NCBI GenBank assembly: GCA_036172245.1
Contig: JAYWIR010000009.1
Span: 4,960,001 to 5,024,000, forward strand
Source of the DNA: Raillietiella orientalis
Taxonomy: Eukaryota
Direction of reading: 5' to 3'
DNA: 64,000 nt
Part shown: one piece after another, positions 1 to 14,500 of the stretch
How the letters are laid out: every line of letters begins with the position of its first letter
Position numbering within the stretch: the stretch's first letter is position 1
The notes under the pieces: model-generated
Told to the model about the DNA's origin: nothing
The model's input: the letters and a program-made list of their open reading frames with translations, nothing else
Database searches by the model: none
Position numbers and translations under genes: made by a program

Positions 1-649
1 CGAACGACGGAACCGCTGGCCGTTGAGCAGTGCGGAGGAACGGTCCAAAGCCGCTGATCCGGCGGGGAGGGCCTCCGCTCGAGCGGTCGCGTCCGCCCGC
101 ATCCCCGGGCCGCTGCACATCTGCTTTGCACCCTTTCCGTACATCCCGAGGTGGGGTGGAGGTGGAAAACCGTCCTGCTCGAAACCCTCCATCCGCAGCT
201 GCTGCCCGCCTTGTCCCTGGGTGTCTTCAGAAGACACTGCCTCCCGCCCACCCATTTCGCCTCTGCCTATCCCCTGTCGGAGGCGGGCGCGGAACAAGCG
301 AGAAGGAGCACGAAGAAGGGCGTGCCCCTCCTCCTCCTGAGACACAACTCCCGGGCAGCGGGGCAACCGCGCCATGCGCCGGGGCTTCCCTCCTCGTTCT
401 TTCGGGGCATCGCCCGAACATCCCGTGGCTTTCTTGGAAGCGCCCTCCCGGAAACGAGAGAAAACGCAGGGAGAGCGACTTGAAAAAGCGCCTCCACCCA
501 AGTCCGGCTGCGCGGTGACTTCGATCCTTCATGGCGCCCAACCATGCAGTCTACTACACGTACACGGTGAGAGGAGTCCAAAGCGCCCCAAGAGCTCCGC
601 TTGGGGGCGGGACGCGCAGAGGGTGGCGACGGGCGCGTTTTGAGTGTCT

Positions 650-2700
650 GACCATATGTATGTAAAAATCCATTTTACATGCAGATAATGGCTAATCGCT
701 GCGTGCATCCGAAGCATAAGTACGGGTGGGAGTGCTCGCTGATCTCGCACGGCTTCTTGATTTTCGGATGCCTGCAGGCGGTGCACGCTCCCTGGGCCTG
801 CACGAATGCAAGTTCTTGTTTCGAGTGCCACGTAGGCAGCAAGCAGGGGTGCCACAGCACAGTGCTCTTTGCCGTGACCGGTGGCCTGCTCCTCGGACGC
901 CAGGGATGCTGCTCCCCTTCTGGAAGAAAGCCTACTCCGAAGGGCGATGGATAGCTCCATAGGCTGGCGATGCTGGCGGCGCAACGCGCCAAAACGCGCA
1001 ACTAACGGGGATAAGAGGGAATAATCCTCCGCTAGGCACGGAGGGTGCTTGAGGGGGAGAAGGAGGGGCGAGTGCTGGGGGAGAGGAAAATTTCCAGGAA
1101 GCGGGCGGGGCAGTGCATCAGAAAGGAAGTGATGCGCTTGAACGTACAGCATTTTCAGGATCTCTGCCGGAAAATTGGGGTGAGTCACTTCCCTAATGAG
1201 GGGGGAACTCGGAAAAAAATCTTGGGAGGAATAAAGATCAGGAGACAGGGGAAGAAAATGGAGGGAACGCTTCCCTTCACTTGCATGTTTGCGTGCGTCT
1301 CCCCCCCTCCCTTCACATTACGACATGCGCAAGCATTTTGAAACTGCATCCAGCTTCAGATACTTCGGTCGGAAGCAGTAGGTCACCACGTCCTGAGACA
1401 GCCAATTCCTGCTCGCCTCCACGGCTCCACCCAACAGTAGGGTGCAGCAGAGCTCCGATCGCGCAAGTCTTCGCTTCGAGACCGCCTCCGGTGGAGTCTT
1501 CTGGGGAAGATGCGTCTCCGAACGCTTTGCCGGCACTCAAGCAGTGGTGGGAAGCACTTGACGCGGAGCGTGGGCTGCTGCACTCTGAGGAGCCGCAGCT
1601 TCTCTCCGCGCCCATCGAGGGCTGGTGTCTCCCGAGTAGCTCTACCGGTTCGCTGCACATGGAAAGGGAAGCCCCTCACGGCTGTAGCTTCGCTGCTAGG
1701 AGCGGCCGCCCACCTCCGAGCCAGGTGTTGCCTCCCGGGGCTCCGTCCAGACTCCCTCTCGGACTCGGAGCTGCAGCGCGGGCATCCAGCAGGGAGCAGT
1801 CCCGCTGCAAACAGCGGCTCTTCTCTCGGAGCACCTGCATCCGCGCCAGCCGGAGAAGGGGAGGAACGCAGAGGTCAGGCGCTCTCTCTCGGGAATGGTC
1901 GAGGCTGCCGCTTCGCAGTCAGCAGTTCCGCTAGAGCACCCGCAGATGGGAGCGGATGGCGTGCTGTCCGGCATCCTCCGGGGAACGCAAGTCGATCCAG
2001 TAGTCGTTGAAATCCGGGAGATGTCCCAGTGTTCCCAGGAGGCGAAGAATGACTTCCCCTTCCTTCCTGGTTCGCATGCTTGAAGGACGGCAGCGAAACG
2101 CTGCCCCGTGAACGCTTAAGAACTGCCGGTAGTCGCCGCCTATTCCCCCGGCCTCCGACCGACTGCTGTATTTCACAGCTTTCACTGTACGTGGTCGTCA
2201 CAAATGCTCCTGCATTGGTCCTTGTTCCTACCAGTTGTTACTGCTTCGTAGCCTCGACGGCTAACGGCTACCGGCGACCCCAGGAGTCCTCGCCGCGCAG
2301 CAAGTTCGGCCTGCACTTGCATCGGATTGGTCGCCAATGTCTCAAGGCTTCCCCAGTCGCTTTCGAGGACTCTCCCGGATTGACTGTTCTCGAAACGCCC
2401 TCCTTTCCAGAGAGGAAATCTCTTCCCACAGACAATCTTCAGCTCGTTGTTCTTTGATCCTTGTAGACAACCACCTGCAGCTGGGATCTTCCTTTGAAAG
2501 CAGGAGTGCTGCCGCCAACTGGTCCGCCCTTCTACGGGTGTCTTTGCTCTAGTCTTCACCAATGCATTCCTGGACGTTCCGCTTCTTCTCGCACGCGTCC
2601 TTACGGATCCAAAGCCTCGGCTCCAAGAGCTCGACTGCTTCCACCCAATCCGTTGCTCCGAATTCTATCCTGAAGGAACACTTCAGGTTCGTGAATTTTC
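650..2700 (-). mobile_element. Highly decayed LINE (non-LTR retrotransposon) ORF2 remnant
   Basis: Faint RT-like motifs in the expected order on the minus strand across several frames: PLWKGG (~2410), LRLLGTLGHLPDF (~2030), RGDLLLPTEVSEAG (~1380), and a C-terminal LWHPCLLP...CTACRH...H..C (~700-860). Boundaries approximate. Confidence 0.35.
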
Positions 2701-3740
2701 ACTTCCTTTATCCGCCTCGCGACGCATCCGCAAATTCTTCTTCGTCCTTTCATTCTTTTATTTATATTTTGGTTCGGGTCCTGTGTTTATTCACGTTCCT
2801 TTCAGTTTTTTATTTGAACTCGCAACTTGCAGCCGGCCTCGAGGCGACGTTCCCGCGCTCGAGTAAGGGATGCGCGCGCGAGCCGCTAATCTTCATCCAA
2901 TGCTGGAATACCAAAGGAGGTCGTGATTCCCTTGAACCCTCTGATGTCTTCCTCGCATGGGAAGCAGAAAAAGCGGTGGAAGGAGCCATCAGAAGCCGGA
3001 CCACCAGCGGCGAAGCTTCGAACGACTAGCTTTTCTCCCATGCCTCGGGTGTCGGGGTCCATTTCGAAGAGCCTGACCATCTGCCCCTCTCGCCCTCCCC
3101 TGGACCAGAGCGCAGGGGTTCTCTCTCCTCTTGCAGCCGACGCCGAAACAGAGTGGGCGAGCAGAGGGGCCGCGTAAGCACTCGGCGATGCGGGAGCCAA
3201 AGTGATTTTTCTTTTGTGCAACGCTTCGGGACGCAGCTGCTCAGACCGTCACGAAGAGCGATGGGTTCTATCCGAGTAACAAGATGTTTCCAGCGTTTCA
3301 CACGACACCTAAACGGGGATGCGAAAGTCCTTCGATATTTGCCAAAAAAAAAAAAAAAAAAGATGGATCCTAAGCAGAATGCCCTGCATCTCTGTTTAGG
3401 CACCAGACTCACACTTCCTCACTCTTCCATAAGTAGGCCAGCTGCTTGAGAGTCTGACTTCGCCCTGCTTCCCCTTCCTGCACGCTGGTCTTCTGCTCTC
3501 TTCCGCAGTTAATGTTGATAGTGAATGCAAGAATTTTTTTCTTTTTTTTTTTTTTTAAAAAAAGGAAAAACAACGTGAGCCCATGTGCACCCTTCGGTGA
3601 AGACCTCCTGCCACCGCTTCCTTGATTGCGACTGCTACGAGAGTCACCATCGCTCTCACAACCTCCCCTCAACAACCTCGGAGCTGGAAACGTGTTCGGA
3701 GTGCAGGAAAGCTACCTCGTAGTTTCCGTGCACCTTTGGA

Positions 3741-4400
3741 TTACACCCACAAGAACACATGGACTGGAAATACATTCATTCGCTCTTCGAAGGAACGGTA
3801 GGCGTCTCCATATTTTTTTAAAGCACCCTCCTCATTCCCCCGATAATTGAATTCCTCAGGTTCTTCCCCATATTCTTCGCCCATACCGAGAAAGGCTGGG
3901 AGCAACCCTTTGTCAGTGCGACTTACTTTTTCCATCAGAAGATTACTCTCAAGTTCGTCGAAAGAGATCTTCGTAATCACTCGGGATGTACTCCATCCAC
4001 GGTGGTAAGCAGCGGACGAGCGAGATTCCCGACGCACGTCACTGCCATCTTTGCCATGCATCTCGTAACTCAGCAGCGCATGTAAAAGCAGTAGTTTGGC
4101 TGAAGAATCCGCTTCGCCACAAAGATTACGTCGACGAGGTGGCCAGACGTTTCCATTCCATCCAATTATTTCTTCGTGCCCCTCCCCCTCCCCCGTGGCC
4201 ATAACCCCGCCCTTGCCGGTCCAGCGATGTCCGAAGGGTCGCTTCCGTCAAGCAGGTGACGATGGCGTTCAGGGCAGCTTTCTGCCTAAGACGAACTGGT
4301 CTCCCAGACCAAGGATGCATGATCGTCATCCGAACACGAGACCACTTTTTCGTGAGGGTGTTCGTTCCTATCAAAGGAACCGTAAACGGATCACGCGGAA
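3741..4400 (-). mobile_element. Possible decayed reverse-transcriptase remnant
   Basis: GEEYGEEPEEFNYRG resembles the LINE RT G..IE.V..FKYLG motif; VRLRQKAALN resembles VRQG.PLS. Weak. Confidence 0.25.
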
Positions 4401-5541
4401 GACACTATGCGGGGTTACGGTAAGCACACGGATCGGATGCACAGGAAGACAGCCACTTCCTTAGCAGCCAACCGCTTCCCAATCTTTCCAGGTCGAGACC
4501 GATCGACAAGCATTTGCTTCAGCTGTGTGTTTGCTGCGCTTCTGTTTGCAACGAGTGAACTCCCAAGTCTGCAGCATCTCGTGTGAAACCCTGGCATCTT
4601 GAAAAACACGGTATTCTTACTATTGCATTGCTATGATACAGCATCGTGCTTGGCATGCCCGCGATCCCACGGCTCCACCTGATGGTGGACGCTACAGTTT
4701 GCAGGATGTGTCGCATGCACACCAAGTGATGCCCAGATTTACAGATGTGCCACTGCCAAGCCTAGTTTATATGCATGGTGCACACACACCTACAAGGCAG
4801 AGACTCACTTTCCTCCCAAGTTTTGTCAGCAGGATCCCTGCTGTGATAATTCTTCCAAATCACATGGCATTCCTCTTTGCGTGCGCTGCCACTGTCATGT
4901 CCTTGGCAGATGACATGAAGTGACCTTGCTGAAAATGAGATGTCGCATCCACCACTCAAGTGACTGGCAAAGCAGTCATAACAGATGAAGCTGGATTTTG
5001 CAGCTTTGGGGTTGCAGTTGGTTGGATCAGCTGTGCCCACTCAGCATTTCGTAGATTTTTCGATCACTGTATTTACTGTTAATTTCAAGCTCAGTTCTGG
5101 CGAGTTTCCTTACATTTGCAACTCCATTATTTCAGGAGCCATTTGATCAGGTTTTAAACTGGGCAGCACACAGACTGGCATACACTGGGGTATCTTTCAA
5201 GTCTCACTCTTATGATCCTCACAGCAACAACTTCATGGAGAAACTTTCTGCACATGAATATGGCATTCCTCTTGTCTTCTATGGTTACCTGCTTCATCAA
5301 ATCCACAAATAAATTTTCTGCAACCCTGTCCTAACCACATATCTTATGGTGCAAGCATCAACTTTAATGTACTGTTTTTGAAAAGAGCACTTTATTCAAA
5401 TTCATCCACCCTCCAATCTTGGATGACAACTTTTAAAAGCCTTCATATTTCTTATAAGACAAACATAAAAATTCATATTTCATGCAACACATCAAGTCAA
5501 GAAAGAAGAGGCATTAAGAAAAGGAATTCTAACACTTTTGC

Positions 5542-6375
5542 TTATGATCTGCAGGCCTTTCCCATAAATGAACATGCAAATGCAGTATTGGTTTCTGTAA
5601 GGGGTACTGAACCTTCAGTTAATTCTTCATATGACAACTCTTTAAAAACAGGGGGTCTGCATTTCTGTTTAGGATGCAATGCTACAGCAACACAATGACT
5701 ATTAGATAAAAGATGTTCTTCAAACTCCCAGTCTGAGCTCATTTGATTGTCTATGAACAAACATGTATTTGTTATTATTGAAGATGGTTCCATGGACAGG
5801 TCAAGTAAATCAAAACTCACATGTGATAAACCACCACCAATACCTCTTCCAGTTGCTTTTAAGTAGCTCTCCTTCAAAGTCCAAAGTCTATAAAAGCACT
5901 CTTTTTTTTTTTCAATAGAGATACAGTTTTGAACTATATCTATTTCCTTCTTGCTGAACTGCCGCCTCATCAGGGGCAAGAAATCAAAATAGTCTTTTTT
6001 GTCATCAAAACTCATGACATCTACGCCAACAGAAGATCCAATCTGAGCCCCAAGAACACAGTACGCACCTTGGTGACTAATATTAAAATCAAAATCTGTA
6101 TTTACATTATTTTTCAAAATGGGCTTTCCATGAATGGCACGAGAAATCTCTATTTCATTATAAGGTATTCCTAATACTTCCAGGCATGCCTTTCGTATAA
6201 GTAACCGGCCAACTATACCTGCCTTTGCATCCTGTTGATAAACAAATCTGCCTATTCTTTCTTTTTCTTCAATTTGTAAAAGAGACGAACATTTCAGCAC
6301 ATCTTCAAAAGTTGGGCACCATAGATCAACTCGAAATGCCCACCTCAAAGCATGCATATCCACTAATCCCGTCAT
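5542..6375 (-). CDS. AASDHPPT: L-aminoadipate-semialdehyde dehydrogenase-phosphopantetheinyl transferase (Sfp-type PPTase), intronless
   Basis: 277-aa ORF with Sfp/AASDHPPT motifs GRLLIRK, HGKP, FNISHQG, VGVDVM and FYRLWTLKESYLKATGRGI. AATAAA on the minus strand at 5391-5396. Confidence 0.95.
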   Translation of the reverse strand: MTGLVDMHALRWAFRVDLWCPTFEDVLKCSSLLQIEEKERIGRFVYQQDAKAGIVGRLLIRKACLEVLGIPYNEIEISRAIHGKPILKNNVNTDFDFNISHQGAYCVLGAQIGSSVGVDVMSFDDKKDYFDFLPLMRRQFSKKEIDIVQNCISIEKKKECFYRLWTLKESYLKATGRGIGGGLSHVSFDLLDLSMEPSSIITNTCLFIDNQMSSDWEFEEHLLSNSHCVAVALHPKQKCRPPVFKELSYEELTEGSVPLTETNTAFACSFMGKACRS

Positions 6376-8815
6376 TCAAATTTTTTTTTTCCATTACAAC
6401 AGCTCATTATCACATCCTTTATTTCCAAAACAATTCAGTATTTCCCACGTCCGGCAAAGTTGTGCACTGCAAAATTCAGTCATTACGTAGTTTTAACATT
6501 TGGTGCCCATGGCCTGCTTAGGAATTTCCAAACAAGTTAGACACTTTTGCGCGTTCACGTGCAGAAAATCTATACACACGTTCTCATGGGATGCATTCCG
6601 CACAAGTTAATCGGCTGCAAATTCCCAGAACTACCAAGTTATTAGCCTTATTTTAGCTTTTCTAAATGTAAATAGTTAATGAATCCAATTGATTATTTGA
6701 CATTATCATATTCATTTGTCTTTAAAATTAAGAAAAATTAAATATACAATTGATTCATAAATTTTCGGCAAATGAGTGTGAACTTTTGTGTTTGAAGAAA
6801 GTTCGTTTGTCCAAAGTTAAATCGTATTTATTTCCTTTTGTTAAATACAAAATGCATCCTTATAAAAACTCAAGTCAAAAAGCAAACAAAAGTAAGCAGA
6901 AGAGTTTATTCATTCATTTCTTTCAATTGACCCAATTTTTCTTCATTATTTTTATGTACAGGTCTCAATTCATTAAAAACTAAGAAACTATGATAAAGAT
7001 ACAAGCATGCCATAAGAAAGTTGTAGTACAATATTTTTGCAATTCATGATAGTGAATTATGAGTCGAGAGTTTTAAATTTTGTTTTACGGCAACACAAAT
7101 ACACATCAAAAGAGCGATACGTTCTTAAAGAAAATAGAGATTTCAGAAGATTTCAACTGCACCACTGAATATAAAAATCCAATGCCTCAATCAAGTATTG
7201 TAGCGCTGGTGGAAATCGTTTTCTTTCACAATATAGTAATAAGCATCCATTTGCAGACAAAACTCCACCAGAAAACGAAAACAAATACTGCGACTTTTAG
7301 AGATTGGCATCGCTACAGCAAGACTTCAGTATCAAATTCTAATGAACGTAAATCTCAAGCAGCAATGTTTTCTTCCATACTAGGAAACAACGTACTTTTT
7401 TGGAATGAACTTCTATTTTACCCTTAAACACAAGATAAATTGTATTCTTGAAAGAATACTGTTTAGGTGATCATAAATCTATCGATGTATTTAATTATTA
7501 CTATACCTTTTTCAACCATGAAGCTTATTCTCCAATCTTTGTGATGAGTTAATATTGCTTATGATTCAATATTTGATGATGTCATGTTGTAATAAATCTG
7601 CAAAAGTAGCAACGTCATTGGAACTCTTTAGAAGGCCAACTTTTTTAGCTTGAGTATGCGTCTTTTTGCTGTCATCCAGTACATCGTATTCATTCAAATC
7701 CCTGAAATGCATTTCGTTTCTAAAGCATTTCACACTATACAAAGAAACATTCACGAAAAATAAAATCGTGTGCTTGCAGGTAGTTGAGAAGCGATTACGT
7801 ACTCGAATAAAACAAAATAGAATTTAGTATGGAGTATCGGTTATTACGAAGAGGAGGAGCTTTATCCAGAACCTTCAGCATATTTTGATTTTCCCATAAC
7901 TGCCCCTATCTGCACATTTGAATGATTGGATATTTGTGGCTTCTTAGTCAAGAGGGTTTTATGATTCAGATTCAAATTCTAAAGTTTGTATAAACGTCAG
8001 CAACATTCGTGACGGAAAAGCATAGGAATAACATGAAAGATTGAAATTTTTAAGGCCACCTTAACTGCTTGAGTGGCCACGACTTTAATATGAAGACAGT
8101 ATGGAAAGTCACTTGATTATTTTTTCAGTGCTTTGGGTAAAGCCAGAGGACCCATTCGCGTCGTGGGCAGAAAAATTAAACTGAAATGAAGTTTCAATAC
8201 GTAGAAAATCAAAATACTTTTTTCTCCAAGTAATTGCATAATGTAGTTCAATATTACTGATTGATGTGCTTACTCACTCACGAAAGAAAGGAGAGAATCT
8301 CTCTACGGAATTCAAAAAACTTCGATTTCACTGTCCTTTTCAAAACTCGAGTTTATGAAAGCGGCTCCAGTTGACCTTGATACCGTTAATACTATTTGGA
8401 TTAATTGCTAATTGCAGCAATTTCCTGTTCATTACGGTCCACAGGATTACTGTGCAGCCTTTCGACGAAGGCCCACGAACGTCTTTGAGAATTCTGTGCC
8501 ATTGGTTTTGCTGGGAAAGTCGGTGGTCAGCGCGCTGGAAGCTGTGGGGAGGATTCTGTCGTTCATGAGGCCAGACGAATACAAGGTTCAAAGGAGTGAT
8601 ATTTTTCCGAGGATTCCTTCATACCGCAAACTTTCCTGCGGTTCGTTTTTTGCACGTGAAGAAAATCATGCGTTGATCATTCTGTGGTGTTGCTTTCTTT
8701 CACACCACTTTATCTGTTTCTTTAAATCCAGTTAAGAGTTTGATTTGGGATATGCATTTGTAGCATAGGGGCAAAAAGGACAGAATAGCAAAAAAAGACT
8801 GCACCGAGAATCCCA

Positions 8816-10999
8816 TGGTATACAGTTTGAGGTGCTTTTTCAGTTAAAAGCAAATGGATTTGCAGGTAGTAAAAAGCAAGGTATGTTTAGAAGTAAATTA
8901 TTGTTGAGAGATAAGAATGCGCCTTCACACTGTAGGAGGAAATATTAAAGGAACGGCAAATAAGAAAACAAAGTAAGAAAATAAAGAAAAACGCCATTCC
9001 TGCACAAAATGACCACACAACTTGCAAGGAACCTGATTTATCAAATAAATCAAGTCTTTTACCAGGCAAAAGGGAGGATACCATGAAACAGGTGAAAAAA
9101 CAAACAAACACACACACCCTCAAATCAAGCTTCCAGTGAAAGTATCTTTACAAAGTCTAATGCAAAATTGTTTATTTAATAGGTAAATTTTTAGTTGATT
9201 ATCTTGTATATGTGTTTCATACTGCGTTTAGCTGAATTTTTGGTTTCCCGTTCTTGCACAACTTAACTTGTTCCAAGTGCATAGCTTATGTTTTGATTCT
9301 GTAGGAGTCTGCCCAGGATTTGGAAAACTCCAAAACAAGTGAATATGCAGAAGACAGTAAGCATCCTTTGAGCAAAGCAGAATTAAAAAAGCAGAGAAGA
9401 GAATTGCAGGTATTACATGATTTTCCAGCCATTTCTTACAGACTGTTAGTAATGTGCTTCCAATTCTTTCAAAAGGAGAGGCAGCGCAATGCAAAACTCC
9501 AGAATATCAAGATTTCCGAGAATTCTTCGAAAAATGCAGTAAAAACCGACAATCAAGTATGCTTTAATTTAGCTCGAATGATTGTTATATAATTTTGAAA
9601 AGCAGGTTAGTAATACTTGTAGTGCTCGTATGGAAGCAGAATCCAAAATAGAATTAGAATTGAAATCCACGATGATTGTTCTTGAAACAATCAAGAAAAT
9701 ACCTTATTTTTCACATTTACCTCAATATCCCACAAAAATGTATGTATTCTAAATACATTTATGTATAGTCATCAATCATTTGTAGACCAGATGCTGAGCA
9801 TCTGCCTGCTCCTATCAAAAAATTAGGCGAGGAAATACATTCTAGGTCTGTAACTGGATCAGATTCCTTACGGTTAGCACTACTGACAGCATATAGAGAG
9901 GTATAAGACTTGGTGGGCATATCAAACCACTATTGGCATAGACCTTAGATTTATATGAAGCTCCCAGAGAAGTTGATTTATCAAAAGATTTGGAGGCCAA
10001 ACTTAGTTCATATGTTAAATTTCTGGAACATTGTCGACCTTTGGTCCCCTCTATGATCAGTTTAATAAAAAATCTTAAAAAACATATTTGTCAGATTCAT
10101 AAGGAAAATGATACAGAATCTATTGTAAGTTAGTGCATTCTATGTATAAAACTCACTTATTCGCAGGCCAAAAACAAATTATTTCAAGTTATTGATGAAT
10201 TCATCAAGAACATGAATTTGGATAAAGAAGCTATTGCAACTTTTGCCAAAAAAAAGATTTATAACAATGATGTTATTATCACTTATAGCTGGTAAGTATT
10301 TGTGCATTCCATATTTCAAGTTGAATGATGTTTGCCTCATTTGTCTTCATATAGGTCTTCTCTCATTTGTCATATCCTAATAAAAGCATGGAGAGATGGA
10401 ACCTTTTTTCAAGTAATTGTCATTGACAGCCATCCGATGCTTCAAGGACGTATGCTCTTAAAACATTTATTAGCTGAAGGCATCCAGTGTACATATGTTC
10501 TCGTAACTGGTGCTGCTTATGTGATGCCTCAGGTAATACTATCATACCATTGATTATTCAGTATACACATACAATGAGTGATCTCATAGGCCAATAAAGT
10601 GATGCTGGGTGCCAGTGCCCTTTTAGCTGATGGTTCTGTGATGTCCCACGTTGGCACTGCACAGGTCGCATTACTTGCCCATGTGTATAATGTACCTGTG
10701 TTGGTATGTTGCGAGACATACAATTTCTGTGAATGTGTGCAGACAGATGCAATCGTCTATAATGAATTAGGTCAGTATTGTCATAAGAATGGCACTTTCA
10801 AAACACATCATCTTTAGGAGATCCATCTCTTCTTATTAATCCAGCAGTGAATAAAATAGAAGAGAAATTGTATCCGGTGAACATTCAGTATGATGTTACA
10901 CCCCCATCGCTTGTCACAGCTGTTATTACAGAAAAAGAAATTTTACCCTGTACTTCCGTTCCTGTTGTTTTGCGTGTCCAGTATGGTGATAGCGTGTAA
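8816..10999 (+). CDS. EIF2B4: Translation initiation factor eIF2B subunit delta (multi-exon; start codon uncertain)
   Basis: Spliced exons give [92 protein letters not shown] and [33 protein letters not shown]. Short GT-AG introns, e.g. 9901-9941 and 10125-10166. Stop TAA 10997-10999; AATAAA ~11052. Start could be ATG 8816, ATG 8854 or further upstream. Confidence 0.92.
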
Positions 11000-11547
11000 T
11001 CTTTCGAGTCAGTAACAACAGTCCATTATGGCAAAATTCTCAGTGATCTTGAATAAACTCTTTTTGAAGTCCATGTGTGATGCTAGGAATCCTGGCTCCT
11101 GAAATGTTCAAAATTAATGAAGATAAGCCTGATGCATGTTTACGTTATCCACAGTCCACTTTTTAATGCAGCGCATCTACCATGGAATGCTTATGGATAG
11201 TGGCAAAAAACAAAGTGCCTGAAATGGCACAACAAACCAACCATTCTTCATGAATTCTTAAACTAAGATATAAAACATTAGCCAATACTTATTTTGGTGT
11301 ATACGAAAGGATTGCGCCGTTATGTTTTCCTTGTCTCTGGCGTGCGTGGCCCGCCTACCTAAGTTTTAAGTTTCCCCAAGGCCCACTAGGGGTGGGGTGA
11401 ATTTATTTTCTTTTACATTCATGCTACAATTTCGTTCATACAAGTTACACAGAAAAAATTCACTACACTTCACGATTGTTCTCTTGAAGTCTATTTCTTT
11501 GGTCTCTGAAGGTTCACTGCACTTATTCACCTGAGCGTCGTTTGAGC

Positions 11548-14500
11548 CTAGATGCTGCCTTCAATCCTTCTCAGGATGTGAGGGTAGTTCCAGGCCTGCA
11601 CTATTCCGCAGTTTCTGACGCCGATATCTTGGATAAACCCTTTCAGGATGTCCATCGGAGATACGACAGTCCTGGTGGTCTTCATCTTCCACCACCCCAC
11701 AAGAATGGCGGTGATGAAGAGGGCGATGGTCACTCTTATCATTGGGTTATATCAGGGAACCCTTCCATTTCCTTGGAACATCCCTGCCAATACCGCCATG
11801 GCCGAGTCATTGGGCAGCCCGATGACCCTTTTCAGGGTAAATCACTTGGTTTGCAATGTGGGGCAGATCAAAACATGACGTCTTGTATCGATGCCACCAC
11901 ATGCTCTGCAGATTTCTTCCCTTTTGCCTGTGAAAAACTTCATTCTGGATCCACTCAGGATGCCTCCATGGTAAAACATAAGGAGGTTATCCTGAGTGTC
12001 CGGTGGCAGATCACTCCGCCAGAGCACCGTCCCAATCGCTAGTGGATTAAATCCACTGCTGGCGTGGTGGTCGGCGGCTTCTTGGAGGGCACTGGTGTCT
12101 TGTTCCTCGACTTTTAGTCGGCGTAGGTTGTTCTTGGTTACCCTGGACCACGCGAAGTCGTTATGGTTTTTCCACACTTCGCGGGTCCTATGGGTGAAGC
12201 TGCCAGAGATCCTTTGGACGTAACGGAGCACCCTAGAATGGTGTAGGTATCGCTGCCGTCTCCATGCCTCAGTGGCTTTCAAAGTAACTCTGGACCGCTA
12301 TCGTATCCAGCTCCTCGTGTCATCTTGCACGCAGAGCATCCACGGGATAACCAGGATGGATTCCTCTCGCCAGAGTTCTTTGCTTTTCGGGATGATCTTG
12401 ATTTGTTCTTTCCTTATTAGTTGCTGTTTTCTCCGCCATGTTGGGTCGATGGTGGACCATTCGCCCACTCTGCCGAGCAGCGCAGTCATCAGGCCTCTCG
12501 GGTTGTTCAACAGCGAGTACGCTTTGTACGCTGCGTACTGCCAGTCGTCCCAGTTGGAAGACATGTCCAGGATTTGTCGCACGTCCATGATGTCCATGGC
12601 GTGTGCAGGCGACTTCATCCTGGTCCCACCTTCTTCCTTAGGGGGACATAGTGGTTTGAGGCGTACTCTCGGTCGGTATCCTCCCCAAAGGGTCTTCCTC
12701 TGAGGCTTTTCCACCTCTCTCTTGGTATCTTTGAACATTCTGTAGAAGGCCGCTCCAAAGAGTATCTTCGGAAGGAGTACTCCGTTCCGAAGATTAACCC
12801 TCTTCATATTAAAGTCCGAGCGGGTATACTTCGCTGCTTCTGCTGCTGCTTTCCCCAGGATTTCTTTCCACAGTAATTGGGATGCTGGTGCTTCGTCAAT
12901 GTGGACACCCAGGTACTTCACTTGATCCATCGTGCAGAAACCTTCCCTTGTAAGAGTGGAGAGGTCCAGGATTCCGACGGGCAAAAGCTGGCTTTTTTGG
13001 GCATTGATTCTTAAGCCCATTCCTTGTTCCATTAGATCCATGCAGAAACCTTCGCTGATCTCTCTCCCCTTTTAGGAAGGAGAAGATCATCTGCGTAGGC
13101 TAGATGGGTGAGCTTTTGTGTATCCACTGTTATTCCGTGGAGGTATTCACTTCTCTCTATGAGCTACGAGAGGGCCTGCATGTAGATGACAAACAGCATA
13201 GGACTCAGAGCATCGCCCTGGCGGACTCCGCATTCCCTTCAGATAGCTGTTGTCATTTCACCATTTATTTTGATGAGGGAATTTTGTTCTTCGAGTACCA
13301 TCTTCACGAAGTGCCGAAGTATTCCGGGAGGCCCAGTTTTCCTAGAATCTTTAGCATCATCCCGTGGTCCACCGTATCGAAAGCCTTCTCCATGTCAGTG
13401 AAGTCAGTGAAGCCCACTACCAAGTTCTCGCCGATATATCGGCTGAGTCCAATAGTAGCTTGGGCACACTTGACATTGTCTGACATGTGGCGTCCAGGCA
13501 CCGCACATGTCTGGACCGGAGAGATCAGCTTCGGCGTGACCTTGCCTAAACGGTTGGCCCAGATCTTCTCCAACCACTTGGCATCGGAGTTGAGGATCGA
13601 GATTGGCATCCATCGGGCAACCTGAGTTAGGTCACCTCCTTTCGGCAGCAATCTCATCCTACTCTTATAGAAGGATTCCGGTAATCGTCCTTCTTGCCGG
13701 ATGCAGAGCGTCAGATGGTGGAACAAACGCTGGTAGGCATGCAGGTACCGCTGATAGTGTGAGATGGGGACACTATCAGGACCCGCTGCCACATTCTTGC
13801 GAAGGTCCTTGAACGCAGCTTTCACTTCTTCTTCGGGGATTTCCTTTTCCAGCATCTTCCGATTGTTTTCGTCCATCCTTCGTTCCAGTGTTTCAGGAAG
13901 GTATCTTGATAGGACTGACACAGATGTCTGCATCGGAGTGTTCCACGTAATGCCTTTAGAAGTCTTCTGTGATGTCCTCCGACGTGTGCCTGGTGCGGCC
14001 ATCGTACTGGATACAGAAGATGTCTGTTTCCAGGTTCTCCCCTTTGACGTCTTGGAAGACGTATGGACTTTCGTACAGTTCCCAATACTTCTAGAGGGAG
14101 TGATCTTGGATGTCCAGCTACTGGTACGCTTCCTGCCTCAATTTGTTACAGAAGAGGTGGACTCGATGTTTTAGGCCATCCCAGTCGGCGACTCTCCTGA
14201 TGCTGGTCGTCTGCAGAATCGCCTCTATAACTTCTTGGTGGTAGGGTAGCGTTTCGAACCAGCCAGGCATGCTGATGAGCGCCGCCCTGGATGGCTTCTT
14301 TTGCCGAAGGTTTTCAGTCCTCAGGGAAAACCTCATCAACGGGTGGTCGGACACAGGGTTGGACGTGTCGCGAAACCTGAGAATGCGGTTCCCTATGTCG
14401 GAGCTGTAGAGGACGTGGTCGATCGGCTTGTGGCTGGCTGTTAGCCACAGCAGTCCGAACTCGTCAGACAGCCGCCGATACGCCGTCCTGCCTCTGGCGT

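Noticed and set aside
4400..5340. Cys/His-rich short ORFs and a repeated ATGGCATTCCTCTT (~4864, ~5260)
   Set aside because: No consistent zinc-finger spacing or continuous frame.
7380..8120. Possible spliced gene or pseudogene between AASDHPPT and EIF2B4 (TQAKKVGLLKS / TQAVKVALKIS on the minus strand)
   Set aside because: I could not assemble a stop-free model or recognise a family.
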